From an uncultured Chitinophaga sp. (GTDB lineage: Bacteria > Bacteroidota > Bacteroidia > Chitinophagales > LD1): a DNA stretch of 49,026 nt. A program made the position numbers and the translations under genes. The DNA lies in NCBI GenBank assembly GCA_964620645.1, contig CAZUHU010000006.1, forward strand, positions 1 through 49,026. The letters are read 5' to 3'. The notes under the pieces are model-generated. The model did no database searches, had not been told where the DNA came from, and saw only the letters and a program-made list of their open reading frames with translations. Of the stretch, positions 26,807-34,375 are shown piece after piece (the first letter of the stretch is position 1; the number at the start of each line of letters is the position of its first letter).

Positions 26807-28012
26807 ATGAGAAATTTATTTCTTCTTCTAACCCTTTTTCTGTGCTCAGCTTCCAGGGCAGCAACTGACAGTACAGTGTATACGATAACCGCACAAATTT
26901 ATCCTGTAGCGGCAGGGCAGGTAAACGGCGCAGGTAGTTACCCCAAAGGCAGCTTTGTAACTCTTGAAGCCATACCCGTAAGCGGATTTACTTTCGGATA
27001 CTGGAGCTTGAACGGAATGATAACCAGCATGAACACCACCTTTCCCCTCGTAGTTGATACAGACCTTGTTGTTCAGGCCACCTTTTTACAACAACCGGAC
27101 AGTTTTCTGGTTACCGCTAATGCATTTCCGGTAAATGCAGGTATTGTTAGCGGCACAGGTATATACAAAAATGGTGATACCGCTGTTGTAACTGCCCATG
27201 CCAATGCAGGTTATACCTTTAACAACTGGCAGCAAAACGGCATTATAGTAAGCACTGATACCACTTATGCCTTTGCGGTTACAGCCAATATTCACTTAAA
27301 CGCTAGCTACCAGCAGTTACCCATACACGTAACTATCAGCACGCAGGTTTTTCCATCGGACGACGCAGGCACAACTACAGGCGGCGGAATTTATAACCAG
27401 GGAGATACAGTGCATTTAACAGCCAGTGCCCAAGCCGGTTATGTATTTGCCAACTGGCAGGTGTTAGGCATAATTGCAAGTAGTGATTCAGCCTATACCT
27501 TTATTGCTACGGGGGACATGAATCTGCATGCTAACTTTATACCGCTTACTTATACAATAACTACCAATGCCTTACCTGCGCAGGGTGGCACTGTATTGGG
27601 TGGCGGCAGCACCAGCCATGGCAGCACTGTAACCTTACAGGCCTTCGCCTACAACGGTTATGCTTTTGATTATTGGGAAGAAAACAGCACTGAGCTAAGC
27701 CGGTTGAGCCAATATTCCTTTACCGCTACTGCCGACAGAACAATTACGGCCCGCTTTAAATTGCTTACTTCTATAGAAGACAACAAAATCCCGGATATTA
27801 TTATAACTCCAAACTTTGGCAGTGGGCCGTTTAGTATAGCGGCTGATAATACTTACCAATTGCAGCTCTTTAATTATGCAGGGCAGGAAATCTTAACCAG
27901 AACTTTAGCCGAGGGAAATAATACTATCGAGATTTCTAACCCCGGTTTATACATCCTGCAACTTACCAATAACGAAGGCGTAACAGTAACAAAGAAACTG
28001 TTGGTTCAATAA
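26807..28012 (+). CDS. Secreted protein with four ~75-aa tandem repeats (InlB-B-repeat-like) and a T9SS type A C-terminal domain
   Basis: Has a signal peptide. The four repeats each carry the G-x-V/I-x-G-x-G-x-Y and GY-x-F-x-NW cores (GFTFGYWSLNG, GYTFNNWQQNG, GYVFANWQVLG, GYAFDYWEENS). The C-terminus is IIITPNFGSGPFSI...GLYILQLTNNEGVTVTKKLLVQ. Confidence 0.8.
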   Translation: MRNLFLLLTLFLCSASRAATDSTVYTITAQIYPVAAGQVNGAGSYPKGSFVTLEAIPVSGFTFGYWSLNGMITSMNTTFPLVVDTDLVVQATFLQQPDSFLVTANAFPVNAGIVSGTGIYKNGDTAVVTAHANAGYTFNNWQQNGIIVSTDTTYAFAVTANIHLNASYQQLPIHVTISTQVFPSDDAGTTTGGGIYNQGDTVHLTASAQAGYVFANWQVLGIIASSDSAYTFIATGDMNLHANFIPLTYTITTNALPAQGGTVLGGGSTSHGSTVTLQAFAYNGYAFDYWEENSTELSRLSQYSFTATADRTITARFKLLTSIEDNKIPDIIITPNFGSGPFSIAADNTYQLQLFNYAGQEILTRTLAEGNNTIEISNPGLYILQLTNNEGVTVTKKLLVQ

Positions 28013-28077
28013 TATCCTGAAGCAGAAGAGAGACAACCCGACAGCAGCAATCCTTTTGCAAATTATACCGGTATCGA

Positions 28078-28113
28078 AGCAAAGCTGCTCCGTTAAAGAG
28101 CGGCTTTGCTTTT
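28078..28113 (+). terminator. Rho-independent terminator
   Basis: AGCAAAGCTGCTC-CGTTAAA-GAGCGGCTTTGCT is a 13-bp stem with one G-U pair, followed by TTT. Confidence 0.7.
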
Positions 28114-28170
28114 ACAATGATACGCAAAAAGAAAATTCGATATTTTAGATGCAGGACTTAAACAGCAATA

Positions 28171-28728
28171 ATGAAAAAGGAACTGCCGGCTAAACGTGCG
28201 GAAGAATTACTGAAAATACTGAAGACGCGCTTTGAGAAAAACACCAAACGCCATAAAGGCATAGAATGGGTAAAGGTTGAAGAAAAACTGAAAGCCAATG
28301 CCGCAAAGTTGTGGTCGCTAAACGAAATGGAAGAAAGCGGCGGAGAGCCGGATGTGGTAGCTTACGATAAAAAAAGTGGTGAATTTACTTTTTACGATTG
28401 CGCTGCTGAAAGCCCTAAGGAACGCAGAAGTTTTTGTTATGATCGCCAGGCCCTGAACTCCCGTAAGGAGCATAAGCCTAAAAACAGCGCTATGGATATG
28501 GCCGCTGAAATGGGCGTTGAATTGCTGACTGAAGAACAGTATCGCGAATTACAACAGTTGGGGGAATTTGATTTAAAAACCAGCAGTTGGTTGAATACAC
28601 CTGAAGCCATAAGAAAATTAGGAGGCGCTATTTTCGGCGATCGGCGTTTTGATACTGTATTTATTTACCATAATGGCGCAGAATCGTATTACGCGACCAG
28701 GGGGTTTCGCACCTGCTTAAAGGTATAG
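28171..28728 (+). CDS. DUF4256-family protein
   Basis: 185 aa. The sequence LWSLNEMEESGGEPDVV...FYDCAAESPKERRSFCYD...IFGDRRFDTVFIYHNGAESYYATRGFR matches my recollection of DUF4256. Confidence 0.7.
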   Translation: MKKELPAKRAEELLKILKTRFEKNTKRHKGIEWVKVEEKLKANAAKLWSLNEMEESGGEPDVVAYDKKSGEFTFYDCAAESPKERRSFCYDRQALNSRKEHKPKNSAMDMAAEMGVELLTEEQYRELQQLGEFDLKTSSWLNTPEAIRKLGGAIFGDRRFDTVFIYHNGAESYYATRGFRTCLKV

Positions 28729-28736
28729 TGCCCCGT

Positions 28737-29321
28737 CTATCTGAATTGCTTCGGCTTTAAGTTTTGCGCTGCCAGCTCCGAAATTTCGGTAAGCCTTTTT
28801 TGCCGGGTTTCGGGCCTTTTGGCCAACACCAGCCATTGCAATATGGCTTTGCGCGAGGATTTGCTCAAGCTTAAAAAGTATTGTCTTGAGCCGGGCCGGG
28901 CTTTAAACTCTTTGCTAAGGTCCCTTGGTATTTCTAACTCTTCTACCTTATCTAAAATACTCCAGCTTCCATTTTGCTTTGCACGCTCAATAACTTCTAA
29001 ACCGGCTTCAGCCATCAGGCCTTCATCTATTAACCGCTGCACTTTCTGCTTATTGATTTTGGACCAGCCACTGTTAGCCTTTCGCTTACTGAACAGTTGT
29101 ATAAATTTTTCATGGTCCACCGGCTTACGCACACTGTCTATCCAACCAAAGCACAGGGCCTCGTCTACTGCATCGCTCCATACAACAGATGGCACGTTCG
29201 ACTTCTTTTTATAGGCTATTAGCCAAATCGATTGCTTAACGCGGTGGTTGCGCATAAGCCACTTTCTCCACTCCTGCCTGCTTTGCGGGCAAACTGTTTC
29301 CACCCCGTCCTTTTCTTTCAT
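28737..29321 (-). CDS. YdeI/OmpD-associated family protein
   Basis: CFGWIDSVRKPVDHEKFIQLFSKRKANSGWSKINKQKVQRLIDEGLM...QWLVLAKRPETRQKR is the typical YdeI pattern. It starts 4 nt after the LytTR regulator stop on the same strand. Confidence 0.8.
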   Translation of the reverse strand: MKEKDGVETVCPQSRQEWRKWLMRNHRVKQSIWLIAYKKKSNVPSVVWSDAVDEALCFGWIDSVRKPVDHEKFIQLFSKRKANSGWSKINKQKVQRLIDEGLMAEAGLEVIERAKQNGSWSILDKVEELEIPRDLSKEFKARPGSRQYFLSLSKSSRKAILQWLVLAKRPETRQKRLTEISELAAQNLKPKQFR

Positions 29322-29325
29322 AGTG

Positions 29326-30072
29326 TTACAGGGTTATCTTTTCTATTACGGCTAAAAACTCCGTCTTGCGTTCGCGCGCCAACGGTATTTGAATTTCATT
29401 TTCCAGCAACACATAGCCTCCCTCCTGCTTTACATACTGCTTCATCTTTTTAAGGTTGATGATGTAAGAGCGGTGCGTTCGGAAAAAATTGTTCTGCTGC
29501 GAAAGGGCATCTTCAAATTCCTTTATCTTTTTACTCACCAGTATTTTTCTTCCATCGCTGAAATGAAAGTGAGTGTAGGGCCCGTCAGCCTCCAGGTGCA
29601 AAATATCTTCAACGTTTACAAACAATAGCCCCTCGGCCACGGGCAACGCCAGTTTTTTAATAGTGTTGCCTTCAAAGTTTTCGCGTAATACGGAAAGGCG
29701 TTCCCGGTTTTGCCCACGTTTCGCCTTTACTTTTTCCACGGCAGCTATCAATTCCGAAATTTGAATGGGCTTTAATAAAAAATCAATAGCACTAACGCGG
29801 AATGCCTGTAAGGCATAGTCGCTGTGGGCGGTTGTAAAAACTATTTCAAAGTCTGTTTCCTTAAAAAAATCGAGCAACTGAAAACCGGTATAGCCCGGCA
29901 TTTCAACATCCAGAAAAAGCACATCGGGTTTGTGTTGGTTAATGGCAATAACGCCGGAGGGTACGTCTTCTGCCGTTGCAACCACTTCCACATCGGGGCA
30001 ATATTCGTGCAACAGGGCCTCAATTATCCTGCGCGCCTTGGCTTCATCATCAATAAGTATTGCCTTAATCAT
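29326..30072 (-). CDS. LytR/AlgR-family response regulator (receiver + LytTR DNA-binding domain)
   Basis: The receiver carries DDE...PDVLFLDVEMPGYTG...FTTAH. The LytTR domain reads ILHLEADGPYTHFHFSDGRKILVSKKIKEFED...FFRTHRSYIINL. Its ATG overlaps the kinase stop (ATGATTAA). Confidence 0.9.
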   Translation of the reverse strand: MIKAILIDDEAKARRIIEALLHEYCPDVEVVATAEDVPSGVIAINQHKPDVLFLDVEMPGYTGFQLLDFFKETDFEIVFTTAHSDYALQAFRVSAIDFLLKPIQISELIAAVEKVKAKRGQNRERLSVLRENFEGNTIKKLALPVAEGLLFVNVEDILHLEADGPYTHFHFSDGRKILVSKKIKEFEDALSQQNNFFRTHRSYIINLKKMKQYVKQEGGYVLLENEIQIPLARERKTEFLAVIEKITL

Positions 30073-31951
30073 AACTTACGGGTATTAATATAGAAACTCT
30101 GGTGCCCTGTGGCAAATCTTCGTAAAACACGCCAATGTGCTTATCACGGTTTTGGTTCAGCAAATCAAGGCGTCGGGCATTGGCTGAGGTAGAAAAAGAT
30201 TCGTTCAGCTTGCTACGGCTTTTATTTATTTCAGATGATGCGGCCCTCCCCACACCATTATCTTCCACCACGCAACTCAATAACTCTTTGCCTTCATCAA
30301 AATTAAAAGCTACCGTCAGCTTCTTTTCGCCCTTACGGTGCAGCAAACCGTGCCGGATGGCGTTCTCTACGTAAGGCTGTATAAGCATTGGCGGTAAACG
30401 AATATCATCCGCTATATCCTCATCATTAACAGTAATGCTAAACGAAAAATCAGTTTCAAAACGCAGGCCTTCCAATTGCAGGTATTTAGTAAGCATTTCT
30501 ACCTCATCGGCCAAAGAAATAAATTGCTTGCCGCTGGCTTTTAAAATATCGCGGGTTAACTGGCTGAATTTGCCGAGGTGCTCATTGGCTAAGCGCTTAT
30601 CACCAATAAAAAACATTTCCTGTATGCTGTTAAGCGCGTTAAAAATAAAGTGAGGGTTCATTTGCGCCTTAATGGCCTTCAGTTCACTTTCGCGTTGTTC
30701 AAGCGCAGTTTGTTGCTGTTTTATTTTCAACTCCCGCAGCTCGGCTTCGCGCTTCTCGGTTTCGTAGCGTTTATTTAATAGCGCTACCTGCTTAATGCGC
30801 TCGGCATTTATTAGCTCCGCTTCCAGTTGTGCTTTTAACCTCAACGCATTATAAGCCTCCTTAAACTCCTTAAGCTGCTCATGGCATTGTGCCAACATTG
30901 CCAGGCTGGTAATATGGTCATTGGCGGGTATAGCATCGCCCTTAGTGACAATAGATTGCTGCAGAAAATCAACAGCCCTCTCGTGGTCTTTCATTAAAAA
31001 ATAAATACGGCCCATTTGAAATTGCGCACTGCCTAACTTGCGGCTATTGTTTTCGCTTACTGCTTCTGCCACCGCCTGCTTAGCAAAGTTAATGGCATCC
31101 TCTACCCTGCCCGCATGGTAATAGGTTTCTGCATCGCTAAGTTGCAACTGCTGTGCGCGGTGCGCATTTACGGCTGCATGGTGTAAATCAATTTCGCGCA
31201 GAAAAAACTTCCGGGCCAACTCCATTTCTCCTTTCCTGCTATACAAATGTCCCAACTGCCGCGCTACGCCAAGCAAGGCTGTTTGATCGTTTTCTTCATC
31301 TTTAATGCGCAACACCTCGCATCCATATTCAATAGCTTTGTCCACATCTCCGCTTTTATCAGCTATGGTTTGAAGCATTTTTAAATGGTGCACTGTATCA
31401 AGCGGGCGGCCGCACGCCTTTGCAATTGTTAAGCCCCCCATGGCTATTTCCGCAGCACGGTTAAGGTTTTCGTTCACAAGGTACTGTGCCGCCTGGTGAT
31501 AGCATTCCGCCTTCATTAAAGAATCGGGTAGTGCTTTGTAATCTTCAACACAGCGCAGTAAAATTTCGCCCGCTTCATCTGCTTTGTGCTGTCGTAATTT
31601 GTGTAGCCCAATTTTTTGCAGGGCAGTTAAGCGGCCTTGTTCATCCTTAATTTCAATAGCTAATGCCACTGCCTTTTCCAGATGTTCAATAGCCCTTTCC
31701 GATGCCGAAACGCCTTCCTCTAATATTGCCCGTACAGTCCAGTAATCTATTTCCGTTGCCTTAAAATCCCCCTCGCGGCAAATTTCAAGCGCTTTGTTGG
31801 CGTAGTCTAAAGCCAGTTTAGGGTCACTTGGTTTATGCTCTACCGCAAGGTACAAATAGGTATCAGCCTTTTGAGCACCTGTTTCGGTTTCAAGCCTTTT
31901 CAATAAATCAGCAATAGAAGTGCCGTAAAAACTCACCCTCAAGTTTACCAC
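30065..31951 (-). CDS. Soluble TPR-repeat sensor histidine kinase (LytS/YehU-type His_kinase + HATPase)
   Basis: The C-terminal half has H-box NPHFIFNALNSIQ and N-box PPMLIQPYVENAIRHG, preceded by a coiled coil. The ~400-aa N-terminal region is TPR-like, and I see no hydrophobic segment long enough for a TM helix. The track start is a GTG at 31951. The exact start is uncertain, with TTG at 31942 and GTG at 31936 as alternatives. Confidence 0.85.
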   Translation of the reverse strand: MVNLRVSFYGTSIADLLKRLETETGAQKADTYLYLAVEHKPSDPKLALDYANKALEICREGDFKATEIDYWTVRAILEEGVSASERAIEHLEKAVALAIEIKDEQGRLTALQKIGLHKLRQHKADEAGEILLRCVEDYKALPDSLMKAECYHQAAQYLVNENLNRAAEIAMGGLTIAKACGRPLDTVHHLKMLQTIADKSGDVDKAIEYGCEVLRIKDEENDQTALLGVARQLGHLYSRKGEMELARKFFLREIDLHHAAVNAHRAQQLQLSDAETYYHAGRVEDAINFAKQAVAEAVSENNSRKLGSAQFQMGRIYFLMKDHERAVDFLQQSIVTKGDAIPANDHITSLAMLAQCHEQLKEFKEAYNALRLKAQLEAELINAERIKQVALLNKRYETEKREAELRELKIKQQQTALEQRESELKAIKAQMNPHFIFNALNSIQEMFFIGDKRLANEHLGKFSQLTRDILKASGKQFISLADEVEMLTKYLQLEGLRFETDFSFSITVNDEDIADDIRLPPMLIQPYVENAIRHGLLHRKGEKKLTVAFNFDEGKELLSCVVEDNGVGRAASSEINKSRSKLNESFSTSANARRLDLLNQNRDKHIGVFYEDLPQGTRVSILIPVSYD

Positions 31952-31959
31952 AAAAATTT

Positions 31960-31989
31960 ACCATTCATAAACTGAAAGTTACCGTTCAT
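31960..31989 (+). promoter_or_regulatory. Candidate LytTR-regulator binding site: 9-bp direct repeats separated by 12 bp
   Basis: The site reads ACCATTCAT (31960-31968), a 12-nt spacer, then ACCGTTCAT (31981-31989). The second repeat matches the LytTR consensus [TA][AC][CA]GTTN[AG][TG] at all constrained positions, and the first misses one (G to A). It lies in the 114-bp divergent region next to the LytTR regulator operon. Confidence 0.55.
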
Positions 31990-32024
31990 GAAACGGGCGG
32001 AAATACCCCCTTTTAACGGCTGAT

Positions 32025-32038
32025 GTTTGCGCGCAAAC
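32025..32038. promoter_or_regulatory. Perfect 14-bp palindrome GTTTGCGCGCAAAC
   Basis: The sequence is its own reverse complement. It ends 27 nt upstream of the ATG at 32066 and overlaps a near-consensus -7-like GATGTTTG. Confidence 0.35.
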
Positions 32039-32065
32039 AAAATTCAATCAACCAAATTAAAAGAA

Positions 32066-34252
32066 ATGAAAAAGACAATTACTCTGATGGTTTTACTGCT
32101 AACCCTGTGTTTCAGTAAAACCTATGCGGGTGGACCTTCTGCCGCTACCCGGTTCGACATGGGCTTTGGCCAAAACGGATTTTATATTGACACCTTAACA
32201 GGCGGGCCGGCTGGCACCTATATACAGTATATGGAAATTTTAGCCGGGGCAGCCAACCAGTTTTGGATTGGCGGTGTTACCAATGGCAGTTACCTTGCTA
32301 ATAAGTTTGACGCCAACGGCGGCCTTATTATGAGCAAAACCGGAAGTGCCTACCAGGCGGCCGGCGGTTATACGGGTGCAATAAAAGGCAATAAGTTTTT
32401 CCTTGGTGGCCAGAACCCCAACGGAGGCCATTACCAAAACATAGCCTACAATTTTGATGGAACTACTAACCCTATGTTCCATCAAAGCACACAACCCGAC
32501 TCCTTTATTACAGAAGCGCTGTATGGGCCTAATTATCCGGTAGGCCAAAGCAACCCGAACTGCTCAGATATTTTAGTAGGAGGTGATATAGTAACAGCCG
32601 TAATCAACTACAGCGGCGATAGCTTATACATCACCCAGTTCGCTCAAGCACCTCATACTACTGTAATTACCTTTCCTAAAATTGCGAGTAGCATTGGTAC
32701 ATGGCGCCCCAAAGCGCTACGTACTATACCCGGTAGTAACACCTGCGCTTTACTGGTTTATGATGTAATGGGCAGCAGTACAGTATTTGTTATTAGCAAC
32801 GGCACCGTTATATCTTCCTATAGCTTAGGTAATGTGCGTTATAATGCAATGATTGCCGTAAACAGTTCACAAATGCTTCTGGGAGGCGATAACCTGTTAC
32901 TATTAAATATAAACACCGGCGCAACCACCGCGGTTACAGCCAATGTAAGCAACGTTTTACAGCTTACCCGGCACGCTGCAAGCGGAGAAATTTATGCCTT
33001 TAATGGCACCAACCTTTATGCGCTAACCTCAGCCATGGTTTTAGACAACACGTTTAACCCCGATGGTTTAGGCAACAATTTTGACTACACACCGGTTAAT
33101 GCCGCTTACCTGTTGGGCACGCAGCAAATTTATTTTACTGATATGGAAATGCTGGGTAACGACATTTTACTTTCCGGCTTTGCGCCCGACTTAAACGGAA
33201 CACCAACTACTGCCGGGTTCGCAGGCTTTGTAATAAAAATACTGGGTAAAGGGTCCAACCCCTCTTTATGCGCTAACTTTACAGCCCAACTGGATTCAGT
33301 TTACGGCACCAGTGGCTGCGATTGGAACGCACACATCACTTTAGCAGGTGCTTTTCCTATGACTGCTACTTTTACCTGGTCGAGTGGTGGCTCAACCACT
33401 CAAGTAACCTCATCACCTTTTATACCGGGCGGCTTATGCCCTGAAACCTACGAGATACTGTTTGAAGATACCAACCATTGTACAGGCTTGGTAAACTTTG
33501 TTACGCCTCCGCCAACACCATGCGTTACACCGGTTATCAGCACACAACTGCCAACTAACCTGCCACTTTGCGAAGGAGAAACCTTACAACTGGGCCCCGT
33601 AAACGTAAGCAACACCACCAACTATACCCAGCAATGGTATAAAGATGGGGCAGCCATTACCGGTGCAACCTTAAACAGCCTTTATACACCACTTGTTACC
33701 ACAAGTGAAAACGGTAGCTATTATTACATAGCAACTTCTAACTGCGGAGCAGGCAGCGACACCTCGGAAACCGTGGCCGTAAACGTTACCGCCAATGCTG
33801 CTGCGGTAATTCTGCAAACCGGCAATGTGTTAACCGCTACACAGTTTACACCCGGTGCATCTTTTGCATGGCACTTAAACGGTACACTTATCCCTAATGC
33901 TAACGATAGCACTTACGTTGCAACACAAAGCGGTAACTATACGGTAAGCACCACTAACGGAAACTGTATGAAATACAGCGATAACCTGAACGTAACCGTT
34001 ATTGGAATTACCGATGAAGAGGACAACAGCAAACTTTCGGTTTACCCTAACCCCGTTACTGAGCTTTTAATTTTAAGCTGCGATGAAGAAATTGAAACGG
34101 TAGAGGTGTATAGCATAACCGGCCAACAGGTATTATTTGTGAGGGGGCAAATAACCAAAGTAAATGTGGCCCCCCTCGCCAATGGCCTTTACACCCTTAA
34201 AACAAAAGCAGCAAGCGGTAAAAGCGCCGTTAAGCAATTCAGTAAACAATAA
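32066..34252 (+). CDS. Secreted multidomain protein with a T9SS type A C-terminal domain
   Basis: The ATG at 32066 gives a clean signal peptide (MKKTITLMVLLLTLCFSKTYA); the TTG-initiated track start at 32027 is rejected. The N-terminal ~400 aa is beta-rich and propeller-like, followed by Ig-like Cys-bracketed modules. The C-terminus is LSVYPNPVTELLILS...GLYTLKTKAASGKSAVKQFSKQ. Confidence 0.8.
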   Translation: MKKTITLMVLLLTLCFSKTYAGGPSAATRFDMGFGQNGFYIDTLTGGPAGTYIQYMEILAGAANQFWIGGVTNGSYLANKFDANGGLIMSKTGSAYQAAGGYTGAIKGNKFFLGGQNPNGGHYQNIAYNFDGTTNPMFHQSTQPDSFITEALYGPNYPVGQSNPNCSDILVGGDIVTAVINYSGDSLYITQFAQAPHTTVITFPKIASSIGTWRPKALRTIPGSNTCALLVYDVMGSSTVFVISNGTVISSYSLGNVRYNAMIAVNSSQMLLGGDNLLLLNINTGATTAVTANVSNVLQLTRHAASGEIYAFNGTNLYALTSAMVLDNTFNPDGLGNNFDYTPVNAAYLLGTQQIYFTDMEMLGNDILLSGFAPDLNGTPTTAGFAGFVIKILGKGSNPSLCANFTAQLDSVYGTSGCDWNAHITLAGAFPMTATFTWSSGGSTTQVTSSPFIPGGLCPETYEILFEDTNHCTGLVNFVTPPPTPCVTPVISTQLPTNLPLCEGETLQLGPVNVSNTTNYTQQWYKDGAAITGATLNSLYTPLVTTSENGSYYYIATSNCGAGSDTSETVAVNVTANAAAVILQTGNVLTATQFTPGASFAWHLNGTLIPNANDSTYVATQSGNYTVSTTNGNCMKYSDNLNVTVIGITDEEDNSKLSVYPNPVTELLILSCDEEIETVEVYSITGQQVLFVRGQITKVNVAPLANGLYTLKTKAASGKSAVKQFSKQ

Positions 34253-34291
34253 GCATTAAACTATTCTCTTTTTGAATTGAGTTTTGTTCGG

Positions 34292-34324
34292 TCCCGCTTT
34301 CGCGCTGAGAGCGGGATTTTATTT
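34292..34324 (+). terminator. Rho-independent terminator for the 32066 gene
   Basis: TCCCGCT-(11-nt loop)-AGCGGGA followed by TTTTATTT. Confidence 0.65.
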
Positions 34325-34326
34325 GT

Positions 34327-34352
34327 AAAAAGGCCCCGCTTAAAACGGGGCC
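34327..34352 (-). terminator. Rho-independent terminator for the 815-aa gene (reverse strand)
   Basis: GGCCCCG-CTTAAAA-CGGGGCC is preceded on the + strand by AAAAA, which is a T-run on the reverse strand. It lies 24 nt past the stop at 34376. Confidence 0.7.
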
Positions 34353-34375
34353 ATCCTAAAATCAGCGCTAAAAGG

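Noticed and set aside
21085-29321. An integrated prophage, ICE or genomic island at the tRNA
   Set aside because: I recognised no integrase, excisionase, transposase, phage structural gene or conjugation gene, and I could not spot an att-like repeat by eye. I kept it only as a low-interest plasticity-zone observation.
32027-32065. N-terminal extensions in the ORF track (32027, 36823, 4169, 14671 reverse, 14641, 22389, 23745, 24365, 26142)
   Set aside because: Each extension lacks a signal peptide or conserved sequence, often uses or implies a non-ATG start, or overlaps the neighbouring gene. Internal ATGs give canonical N-termini, so the shorter models were adopted.
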